Source: Macrostomum hystrix (Eukaryota; Animalia; Platyhelminthes). From it: a stretch of DNA of 64,000 nucleotides. The stretch is taken from the NCBI GenBank assembly GCA_950097015.1, contig CATNEN010000038.1, positions 4,588,001 through 4,652,000 on the forward strand, given 5' to 3'. A program made the translations under genes and the position numbers. This document shows, one piece after another, positions 12,888-25,142 of the stretch. A model generated the notes under the pieces. The model did not search any database and was not told the DNA's origin. It saw only the letters and a list, made by a program, of their open reading frames with translations. Position 1 is the first letter of the stretch. Each line of letters opens with the position of its first letter.

Positions 12888-13386
12888 TCTAAAACCTCTA
12901 CTATAATTGAAATATTTATAAATTTATACATTTAGAGGACGAAAAGGTTAAGGTGGATAATTGAATAGAACCAACCAGGTAGCCTGGAATTATTGAATCC
13001 ATAATTGTTTATAATACCCCCCCAGATCCATATGACATTTTATCTTCATTAAAAGCGGTATTGATTGACACCTGCGTTTCCAAGCTGGATCTTATTAGGA
13101 TATCTCTTCTTTTAGTCCTTTTCCGGAGTTCTTGTGAGCCAGACTTGGCTATGAATTCCTTTCAAAGAGATTGGCACCGACTTTACGCTAGCCAAATAAT
13201 AGTAAACTGGGCGGCCCGCCCATGTTTGACGACATCTCAGACATCAAAACCGCTGAGCTTATTGACGATAAATGTTGACTCATCCTGTCGATGGCTAGAA
13301 CACGATCGTGATGTGTTACACTGACATCTGTCAAATAGGAGACTGGCATACTGCTCATTTCTTGGCTGGAATAACTCAAATAACTC

Positions 13387-16459
<3,073 letters not shown>

Positions 16460-16461
16460 GG

Positions 16462-16690
16462 TCAGTTGGATGAGTACGTCTCCTCTGAAATGTGGTTAAG
16501 CGTACAATCGATCAGAGTTGGAAGTCTTGAGGGGCAGAGTATGTCTTTTAACGAGCGGGACTTGGTGTACGCAGCTACAGTGTTCAGACCCTGTGCGTGC
16601 TCAGATATGGCAGTGCGCATTTTACGTATAGTGCTTGCAGAGTGGTCACTGAATGGAATCACTATGGGAATGACTTTTGTTATTGTCAGC
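16462..16690 (-). CDS. Probable C-terminal segment of the PLE RT-EN protein, out of frame by +1 (VIPIVIPFSDHS...AAYTKSRSLKDILCPSRL)
   Basis: Frame overlaps the end of ORF2 and resembles PLE post-RT linker motifs (P-x-V-x-P-Y/F; AY-x4-L-x-D-x-L-x2-S-x-L); stops 3 bp before the 3' repeat. Confidence 0.55.
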
Positions 16691-18703
16691 TGTGTTTATT
16701 CCAGCGGGAGCCATGGTGCTTAATAAGTCTATGAGTTTCTGCTCCATGTCACGGCGTTTGCGTTGAGCTGCCGCCTTGTCTGTGTCACTCTCAGGACTGA
16801 TGTACCACAGTCCCATGAAGCGTAAATCCTGGAGGTTGTGACCTGAAGCGCAAAAATGCCTTGCAACTGGGGTGTCCTTGGTTAGTCTGATGTCGCTCAG
16901 GTGGGCCTTGAGTCGAGTCTTTAGAGCCCCACCTGTCTCACCTACATAAACGCAGCTGCTATCGCAAGCTTTGCAAAGAATAGCGTAGACAGTGTTTCTT
17001 GAATCGCAGCGGACTTTTTGGCAGATTCTGTAGACCATTTTCGTAGAATTGGAGCCAGGGCAGACCTGGCCGAATTGGCCGTGCTCCTTGCACAAGTCGC
17101 AGCCAGGGGTGTCACAGAATAGGAAACCAAACTCCCAAAGACAATCCGGGTAGAAGCCTAACTGTCTGAGGGCAGATTTTTTCGCGTTCCGAATCAGACG
17201 GACTGAATAACCCTGCTTCTTTAATATGCCCATCAGGTCGCTGCTGGCCTGGTCAAAGTCGGCTTTGAATGTGCAGCGACGTGCATAGCGTAGGAACTGG
17301 GATTTCAAAATACCCTTAAAGGTGTGCTTCGGGTGGAATGAGTTTGGGTTCAAAAGTTGGCGAGAGTCAGTGGGTTTGAAGTAGATCGAGCAAGTCAGTT
17401 TTCTCTTATTATCATGTGTAGTTAGGCCAACATAGCAGTCTAGGAAGTTAACTTTCTCTTTACTGTGTTGCATTGTGAGCCGGATATTGCTGTCAAATGT
17501 ATTTAAGTGTCTGTGTAGTTCCATTAGTTGGGACTCTGTACCAACAAAAACCATGAAGATGTCGTCAATGTAGCGTTTATACAATCGTGGCGTGAAGGGT
17601 GCAGAACTCAGGGCTCTGGATTCCCAGTCTGCCATAAAGATGTTCGCGTAGGAAGGCGCAAAAGCTTTCCCCATACTTGTGCCCTTAATTTGAAGATAGC
17701 GCGTGTCATCAAAAATAAAGTCATTTTGGTTAAGGTTGATGTCCAAGAGATCTAGTATTTGTTGATCTGGTCTCGATTGTTGAGGGTAGATCTGAAATGC
17801 GTTTTTCACAGTCGCAATCCCTCTATCCGTTGGGATGTTTGTGTAAAGTGATTCGACATCCATTGTGACCAGAAAAGCTTCTTCATCCACGGAAAGATCC
17901 AGGCTCTGAATCACTGCTTGGAAGTGATCGGTGTCTCGAACGAACGAGTCTTGCTCTTTTGCGATCGGTTTTAAGAACGTATCAATTAGTTTGGCGCTCA
18001 TATAACTTTCAGAGTTGCAGTCGGAAACAATCGGTCGTCCGGGGGGTACCCCGGGGATTGGCCAGGACTCTGGATCTTTGTGAATCTTCGGAAGCAAGTA
18101 GAAGATTCTATCTCTCTGTTCCTTGGGTGGGACTAGTTGGGAATATTGATGGTTTGTTATAACCTTTAGATTCTTTAGGTCTTTGAAGATTTGTGTGATC
18201 CGAGCAGTCGTGTGAGTGCTAGCGGCGGAATTCACTTGTTGATAGAAAGTAGAGTTGGAGAGTTGTCTATTTGCCTCCCGAATGTAGTCTTCGCGGTTCA
18301 TAATAACCATGTTGTTGCCTTTGTCGGCTGGTTTAATAACAATCGTATTGTTGTTCCTTAGACTCTGAATTGCGTTTTTCTGGTGCTCGAGTAGGTTAGG
18401 CTTGTTGTAAAGAACCTTCGGAAATTTAATGTTGTCTAGTGCTTCGAACAGGTGTCTGTGTGATTGCCAGTTCTCGAGATTGATGTTCGGGATCGATGGG
18501 CGACAGGGAAACAGGGTCCGTGGTGTAAATGCGCAAGTGCGGCGTTGTAACAGTGAGTTTAGGGCTACTCTCTTCTTGAAGGTCGAGATTGAGTCTGAAA
18601 GTACCTCGGATCCAAGGAACGTCGGGGTCGGTATAAAGTTTTTCCCTTTTTCCAAAACTTCAACCTCACTGTCGGAAAGCCTATAGTGTGATATGTTAAT
18701 CAC
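16646..18703 (-). CDS. PLE ORF2: reverse transcriptase + Cys finger + GIY-YIG endonuclease
   Basis: KPADKG, YLLPKIHK, GRPIVS, MDVESLYTNIP, QIKGTSMG, RYIDD, FLD, YFKPTD; CDTPGCDLC; VYAILCKAC..YVGETG..LKTRLKAH..PVARHF..E..GIN. Confidence 0.95.
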   Translation of the reverse strand: MINISHYRLSDSEVEVLEKGKNFIPTPTFLGSEVLSDSISTFKKRVALNSLLQRRTCAFTPRTLFPCRPSIPNINLENWQSHRHLFEALDNIKFPKVLYNKPNLLEHQKNAIQSLRNNNTIVIKPADKGNNMVIMNREDYIREANRQLSNSTFYQQVNSAASTHTTARITQIFKDLKNLKVITNHQYSQLVPPKEQRDRIFYLLPKIHKDPESWPIPGVPPGRPIVSDCNSESYMSAKLIDTFLKPIAKEQDSFVRDTDHFQAVIQSLDLSVDEEAFLVTMDVESLYTNIPTDRGIATVKNAFQIYPQQSRPDQQILDLLDINLNQNDFIFDDTRYLQIKGTSMGKAFAPSYANIFMADWESRALSSAPFTPRLYKRYIDDIFMVFVGTESQLMELHRHLNTFDSNIRLTMQHSKEKVNFLDCYVGLTTHDNKRKLTCSIYFKPTDSRQLLNPNSFHPKHTFKGILKSQFLRYARRCTFKADFDQASSDLMGILKKQGYSVRLIRNAKKSALRQLGFYPDCLWEFGFLFCDTPGCDLCKEHGQFGQVCPGSNSTKMVYRICQKVRCDSRNTVYAILCKACDSSCVYVGETGGALKTRLKAHLSDIRLTKDTPVARHFCASGHNLQDLRFMGLWYISPESDTDKAAAQRKRRDMEQKLIDLLSTMAPAGINTADNNKSHSHSDSIQ

Positions 18704-20835
18704 TTGGCTGCTGTTTGCAGTCCCGGAACTGTCAAGTTTTTTTGCGCTTTTCCATGTGCCACCTGGAAAATCCTCGAAGCGGATTCATTTGAGAGGCTGA
18801 CAAGGTCCGGTTGGAATGACAGATGTCGAGACTGTAGTGTCACGTGGTTCTTCGGGTTGATCGTCCGGAGGTGGCGGTTCAGCTTCTCCGTCGTTTTATG
18901 AATGTCGTCCGGTGCCTCAGCGTCAGCAGCCGAGTCCAGGGTGTAAATGTTGGCCTTTGGGAAAGCCTTGTGGCAGTGGTTGAGAATCGTCGTGAGCTGT
19001 TTGTCGATGACACCTTCGAACTGTCTCGACAGGTCCTGGCCCCACGGGAACAGAATGACGGTTCTGACCAACTGATTAGGGGATTCTGTTTGTCCCCGTA
19101 GTACTTTGATCAGGTTCTCGGCTCTGAGCTTCGGAAAAATCTCGAATTGTACATCCGAGTTTTCCGCACCCGGTTGTGTTAGGCATTCGTCACCGATCGC
19201 AATTGTGGATTTTACTATTGGTGAGAGCTTCCAGTCTTTCTTCGGTCCCTTGTGGACATTCACATTGGTTAATGGTGTCACGGTTGTTTGGCTCTGCTCT
19301 TGAAGTGTTTCTTGATTTGCTTCAACGGTCTCAGTTGGGAGTGGTGCCTTAGTGGCCCCGGTAACATCGCATAGTCGAGTGGCGTTTTGGTCAGATGGTG
19401 TGTGGAAGGCCATTGATGAGTGTGTATTGTCCGGGTGATTGCTGTCATTCACAGGTGAGGATGTCTGGTCACAGACCACCCCCGTGTCGAGCCCCTGAGC
19501 ACAGGCAACTCGACTCTGCGAATTTAAAGCTTCAGTATTGGACAAAAGTTTTGTCAGATCTATGTTAGCTTGGTTTCCTTTGTTAGTACAGTCGACCACT
19601 GCAGGTGAGGATGTCTGGTCGCAGACCACCCCCGTGTCAAGCCCCTGAGTACCGGAAGCTTGGTCCTGCGAGTTTGAAGATTCAATGGTGACCACACGAA
19701 TTGCAAGATCAGTGTTGGTTTGGGTTCCTTTGCAAGTGCCGCTGTCGCTGCACATGCTCGGTTCCTCATTGAAGCTGCACCAGTTAGGAGACAGCTCTGC
19801 GACTGTCAGGAAATTGGCATGTTGGGTCCTTTGATTTGTCAACGTGTCCCCACTATCTGTGGTACTCTGATCCCTGATCTGGGTTATCAACACACCAGGG
19901 AGCTGTTCTGAGATCGTTTCAACTTCATTGGCCCTAGTTGGTGGTTTTGTGATATTTGGGTGAAAGTCATTCAAAAACAAAAGCGATTCACCGGTATTGT
20001 CGTCCCAAGTCGGAATGTTGAGCTGGATTTGCATTCGCCGTAGCTGGGTCTTCAGCGTGTCACGGGAGGAGGAGAACCGCTTGCCGCTGTCTCTTGCGGC
20101 CCAACGGAAGCCCACTCGCCAGCCTGTGTGCAGCTCGCTTGCGTCGATCTCCTTGGAAGCTTTTTCGATCTCCTTAGCCAGATCCATAATGCAGTTCTCG
20201 TAGTGGCTTTGCATCGTGTCCTGGGTGCTTAGCTCCCAGTTCTCCGCGTTCTCTTCCACGCGTTTCTGTGTGTGGTCGGAAGGCATCGCTGGTCGGATGA
20301 AACTTTTTAGCATCTCCGTTCTCCGGTGTACGCCGTTGGGTATAGAGTCCCAGTTTCCAAGGTGGTGCACCGCACGGAACAGTTTTTTTACACTGCGGGC
20401 GATCTGGGCCGCTCCACCTGGCATATGTTCCTCAGGGTGGACGTCCTGTCGGCTGTCACGGTGGTTGTTCTTGCGGGCGTCCTGGCGAGCTTCACGATGG
20501 ATGTTCCGGCGAGCTCTGAAACGAGACTCGTCGCGAGTGTTCTGACGAGCGATTTGATTAGTGCTGCGGCGAGCGTTGACATCGAACCGGCGAAGGTCGC
20601 GCCAAGTGTCGCGGTCCGAATCCCGCCATCTCCCATCACGCCGCTGAGTGCCCATCCAAGTGAGCTTCCCGGGTGACCGGCTCCTGACGTCATTCCGTCG
20701 CTGTCTCGATTGGTCATCTTGAAAATTTGGACGCCGTCTAAATGTTGGATCCGATGAGTCAATAAGACGTGCAGGTCTTTGAAAATTCTGTTCATTCAGT
20801 CCTGAGTTTTGCCAAGTGCGGTTATTTGATGGCAT
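18700..20835 (-). CDS. PLE ORF1 (~711 aa): Arg-rich N-terminus, helical region, low-complexity linker, degenerate SGNH/GDSL-like C-terminal domain
   Basis: Long intact non-repetitive ORF with ATG at 20835 just inside the 5' repeat; C-terminal IAIGDECL...VQFEIFPKL...VRTVILFPWGQD...AFPKANIY pattern; stop overlaps ORF2. Confidence 0.8.
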   Translation of the reverse strand: MPSNNRTWQNSGLNEQNFQRPARLIDSSDPTFRRRPNFQDDQSRQRRNDVRSRSPGKLTWMGTQRRDGRWRDSDRDTWRDLRRFDVNARRSTNQIARQNTRDESRFRARRNIHREARQDARKNNHRDSRQDVHPEEHMPGGAAQIARSVKKLFRAVHHLGNWDSIPNGVHRRTEMLKSFIRPAMPSDHTQKRVEENAENWELSTQDTMQSHYENCIMDLAKEIEKASKEIDASELHTGWRVGFRWAARDSGKRFSSSRDTLKTQLRRMQIQLNIPTWDDNTGESLLFLNDFHPNITKPPTRANEVETISEQLPGVLITQIRDQSTTDSGDTLTNQRTQHANFLTVAELSPNWCSFNEEPSMCSDSGTCKGTQTNTDLAIRVVTIESSNSQDQASGTQGLDTGVVCDQTSSPAVVDCTNKGNQANIDLTKLLSNTEALNSQSRVACAQGLDTGVVCDQTSSPVNDSNHPDNTHSSMAFHTPSDQNATRLCDVTGATKAPLPTETVEANQETLQEQSQTTVTPLTNVNVHKGPKKDWKLSPIVKSTIAIGDECLTQPGAENSDVQFEIFPKLRAENLIKVLRGQTESPNQLVRTVILFPWGQDLSRQFEGVIDKQLTTILNHCHKAFPKANIYTLDSAADAEAPDDIHKTTEKLNRHLRTINPKNHVTLQSRHLSFQPDLVSLSNESASRIFQVAHGKAQKNLTVPGLQTAAK
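18715..18742 (-). promoter_or_regulatory. Candidate -1 programmed ribosomal frameshift signal: A_AAA_AAC heptamer (18742-18736) + downstream hairpin
   Basis: Heptamer is in the X_XXY_YYZ register of ORF1; the -1 frame is ORF2; followed by TTG-A-CAGTT-CCGG-GACTG-CAA. Confidence 0.7.
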
Positions 20836-20873
20836 TTCGACACAAGTCGCTACCTGAACTGGTCCTGGGATGA

Positions 20874-21122
20874 GATAATGAAGAACAGAGGCCACGCACG
20901 CAGTTCAGGCAGTTGCTTGCTGATTAAGAAACAAAAAAGTTGACTATTAAATTACCAATATTTCGGCCAAAGTTTGGCCTTCGTCAGGGTATTATTGAAA
21001 AAACGAAAATAAATTTTAAAACGAGTTACAAGGTTAATAATCAAATTTTAGAGTCAATTAGAGTCAATGGGTTTAAAAGGCGTCTCAATGTAGGCATGTT
21101 GCCATCGCTGTGCGGGAGCAGG

Positions 21123-21123
<1 letters not shown>
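20874..21123 (-). repeat. 5' terminal direct repeat (pLTR), 250 bp
   Basis: Matches 16210-16459. Confidence 0.92.
20953..20991 (-). ncRNA. Minimal hammerhead ribozyme (copy 3, 5' repeat)
   Basis: Same motif as 14294-14332. Confidence 0.8.
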
Positions 21124-21457
<334 letters not shown>

Positions 21458-21904
21458 TGTAACTTCACGTCACATTATCTTACTGTGTTGCTTCGACCAG
21501 TAGAAAACTAATGTGTCTAACAAGTTGATGCTTGCGTTGTTAGACACTGTGTCTAACAGTTTCACACTCATTATTCAGAAATAAACTTTTCTCTATGGCA
21601 GTGTTGCTACTATGGTCAAAGTGCTCCCACCAATTTTTCCTCGAGTCGGTCACACTAAGTGAGTTGTGAGTGTCGGAGAACTTTGTCGTTCTCATCTCAG
21701 CTGGCAATTCATTCAGCTTTGGTGCTCGACTGCTCAAGAAAAACGGAGGGCAAAATTCGATTTGGCAACTGCGTGGAGTTCAGTGCGAGTTTTGCGCTGA
21801 TGAGTGCGGCAAATGGGGGTGATGTCAGGGCAGTGCAGGAAAACGGGTTGTGTGAGCAGGACAGTAGCCTGATCAACAAGCTGAGCTACCCGCGTCTGCC
21901 TGCT

Positions 21905-22705
21905 TCATTATCTCAGTTGCATCATCAGCTGTTATCTCAGCTGCATCAGCTGTTATCTCAGTAGCATCAGCTGTTATCTCAGTTGCATCAGCTGTTATCT
22001 CAGTTGCATCAGCTGTTATCTCAGTAGCATCAGCTGTTATCTTAGTTGCATCAGCTGTTATCTCAGTAGCATCAGCTGTTATCTTAGTTGCATCAGCTGT
22101 TATCTCAGTTGCATCAGCTGTTATCTTAGTTGCATCAGCTGTTATCTCAGTTGCATCAGCTGTTATCTCAGTAGCATCAGCTGTTATCTTAGTTGCATCA
22201 GCTGTTATCTCAGTTGCATCAGCTGTTATCTTAGTTGCATCAGCTGTTATCTCAGTTGCATCAGCTGTTATCTCAGTTGCATCAGCTGTTATCTTAGTTG
22301 CATCAGCTGTTATCTCAGTTGCATCAGTTGTTATCTCAGTTGCATCAGCTGTTATCTCAGTTGCATCAGCTGTTATCTCAGTAGCATCAGCTGTTATCTC
22401 AGTTGCATCAGTTGTTATCTCAGTTGCATCAGTTGTTATCTCAGTTGCATCAGCTGTTATCTCAGTTGCATCAGTTGTTATCTCAGTTGCATCAGCTGTT
22501 ATCTCAGTTGCATCAGCTGTTATCTCAGTAGCATCAGCTGTTATCTTAGTTGCATCAGCTGTTATCTCAGTTGCATCAGCTGTTATCTCAGTTGCATCAG
22601 CTGTTATCTTAGTTGCATCAGCTGTTATCTTAGTTGCATCAGTTGTTATCTCAGTTGCATCAGCTGTTATCTCAGTTGCATCAGCTGTTATCTCAGCTGC
22701 ATCAG
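21905..22705. repeat. 21-bp minisatellite ATCTCAGTTGCATCAGCTGTT
   Basis: Tandem array; explains the TADATEI pseudo-ORF. Confidence 0.95.
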
Positions 22706-23147
22706 TGGCCATGCCCTAATGCTTTAGTTGCACTTTACAAAAAGGTATGGCATAATTCTATGATGCTAAAATCCAGTGACTTTGGTGGAATTTTCTCCGA
22801 ATTCCTGGAAAGTGCACTGCAATTAGCTGGAACCGCAGCTCCAAATTCGTGCAGATTAATTGCATTAGCAAGTCAAATTCTTAGATTGATGGCGTGGTTG
22901 CGGGCGTCTCGCTCTGGCCTCTTAATCATCACGCAACCCAAATGCTGCAGTTTTCGAAAAAAATAGCTGTGTTACTTATAAGGAAGTTTTAAGAAAGTTT
23001 TGGTGTCAAGAAACCGCCTTAAAAATTCAACTTTAACAAGCAAATCAACAGACTGAATAATTGGAAACTTAGCCAATCAGGACAAGTAACAAGTCAAAAT
23101 AAATATTGTCAACAATAAGAAATATTCGTATCAAAGGACTGAGGAAA

Positions 23148-23445
23148 CCAACCAATCAGTGAGTCGCTCGGATCACTCCAACCAATCAGTGAGTCTCTCT
23201 GATCACCCCAACCAATCAGTGAGTCACTCGGATCACTCCAACCAATCAGTGAGTCGCTCGGATCACTCCAACCAATCAGTGAGTCACTCGGATCACCCCA
23301 ACCAATCAGTGAGTCGCTCTGATCACCCAACCAATCAGTGAGTCGCTCTGATCACTCCAACCAATCAGTGAGTCGCTCGGATCACCCAACCAATCAGTGA
23401 GTCGCTCTGATCACTCCAACCAATCAGTGAGTCGCTCGGATCACT
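23148..23445. repeat. ~30-bp minisatellite CCAACCAATCAGTGAGTCGCTCGGATCACT
   Basis: Tandem array abutting the exon-2 acceptor. Confidence 0.9.
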
Positions 23446-23454
23446 TCAACGCAG

Positions 23455-24179
23455 GCTTCGGCATGACAACCCCGCGCACAATGGCGGGCAAATCTCTGGT
23501 GATCTGCTACGGATTCCTTGGCTGCTCAGGCGCCATCCTGTTCTTCAATCTGTTCCTCGAGCGCATCATCACCTTCTGGGCGTTGATCCTTCGCCAGCTG
23601 CACCAGCTGACTGGCCGCATCAAGACTGCGCGCCGGCGTCGTCAAGCCGGTGGCGAGCCGCAATTCGAGACAACGACAGCGCGGGCCTCCTCATCGGCCG
23701 CGTCGGCTGGCGCAGCGGCTGACAAAGCCGACGGATCGGCTGACTCGCTGGACAGCTGGAAGCCGTCAGTGTACAAGGTGCAGTTCCTGCTGCTCTGCAC
23801 AGCCTGCGCCATCGCCTGCACAGCCTCGGCTGTGTACCATCCGGTGGAGTCTTGGAGCTACTTCGACTCCGTCTATTTCTGCTTCGTCGCCTTCTCCACA
23901 ATCGGCTTCGGAGATCTGGTTGTCAGCCAGCGGTCTGAATACGCATTTAGCACCCTGTACCGGCTCGGCAACTTCTGCTTTCTGATGCTGGGTTGCTGCT
24001 GCATCTACTCATTCTTCAACGTGACCTCGCTGGTGCTTAGAACAATGCTGGACAGGATGATCCGCCGGCTGGATTGTCGCTGCACCAACTGCCTGAAGCC
24101 CCGGGCCAAGACGCGAACACTTCCACCACCACCGAGATTCCGCAGGAATGCCATCACGGAGAGGGACGTCGAGGAGCAG
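23455..24179 (+). CDS. KCNK13: THIK-type K2P channel, exon 2
   Basis: Completes G|FG of pore 1; GMTTPRT..GK...ICYGFLGCSGAILFFNLFLERII; WKPSVY; pore 2 YFCFVAFSTIGFGDLV; acceptor GCAG, donor CAG|GTAATG. Confidence 0.92.
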
Positions 24180-24245
24180 GTAATGATGCGCTGGAGAGTT
24201 CGGCAACCTTATGGGGCTGAATTCACAAAACGACAGCCGTGGACG

Positions 24246-24715
24246 GATGAGATATGGGACAGGGGAGATAGGAGACAGGGGAGAGATGAGACACGAGAGA
24301 GATGAGACACGGGAGAGATGAGACACGAGAGAGATGAGACACGGGAGAGATGAGACACAGGAGAGATGAGACACGGGAGAGATGAGACACGAGAGAGATG
24401 AGACACGGGAGAGATGAGACACGGGAGAGATGAGACACGGGAGAGATGAGACACGGGAGAGATGAGACACGGGAGAGATGAGACACGGGAGAGATGAGAC
24501 ACGGGAGAGATGAGACACGGGAGAGATGAGACACGGGAGAGATGAGACACGGGAGAGATGAGACACGGGAGAGATGAGACACGGGAGAGATGAGACACGG
24601 GAGAGATGAGACACGGGAGAGATGAGACAATATTGAGGTGAGACAAGGGAGAGATAAGACAAAGGAGAGATGAGATGGGGCTGATATAAGATAAGGCTGA
24701 TATGAGACAGGGAAA
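24246..24715. repeat. 17-bp minisatellite GGGAGAGATGAGACACG
   Basis: Fills K2P intron 2; reverse-complement relative of the 47120-51600 array. Confidence 0.9.
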
Positions 24716-24765
24716 AGATGACGCTCGGAAAAGTCTCATAAACTTTTCTTTCGTCTCGTTCGCAG

Positions 24766-25026
24766 GCAAAAGACGCAGCTCACGAGGCTCGCCGACTCAA
24801 GCGGCAGTCGTTCGACTCAAACTACGACTCGGACAGGTCGGATTTGTCAGACGAGCTCATCTGCATGCAGGACTTCCTGAGGCCCAACAAAGTGCACCTG
24901 ATTCAACTGCAGAAGCAGCTGTTTGAGACTGCTCAGAGGGCCAGGGAGCCAGATGACGGCTTCAAAGGCGGCGTGGGCCCCCTGGCTGTGGTCAGTCAGA
25001 AGTTTGAAGCCGAACCAGCATACTGA
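24766..25026 (+). CDS. KCNK13: THIK-type K2P channel, exon 3 (last)
   Basis: In-frame acceptor TTCGCAG; ELICMQDFL..NKV.L..LQKQL.E and GGVGPLAVV match the THIK C-terminus; TGA at 25024-25026. Confidence 0.85.
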   Translation, partial: AKDAAHEARRLKRQSFDSNYDSDRSDLSDELICMQDFLRPNKVHLIQLQKQLFETAQRAREPDDGFKGGVGPLAVVSQKFEAEPAY

Positions 25027-25142
25027 GCAGCTGGTGTGGGTTGTCATTGGATACAGAATGGACAGCTTGCTTTGTAATATTTGCTTTCAAGCCTGATTTG
25101 TTACAGGAATTTACCAATATGTAATGCAAGGACCACTTAAGC

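Noticed and set aside
16646-17100. Selenocysteine-type (Naiad-like) recoding of the PLE
   Set aside because: No in-frame TGA at conserved Cys positions; the downstream motif is in another frame, not behind a read-through stop.
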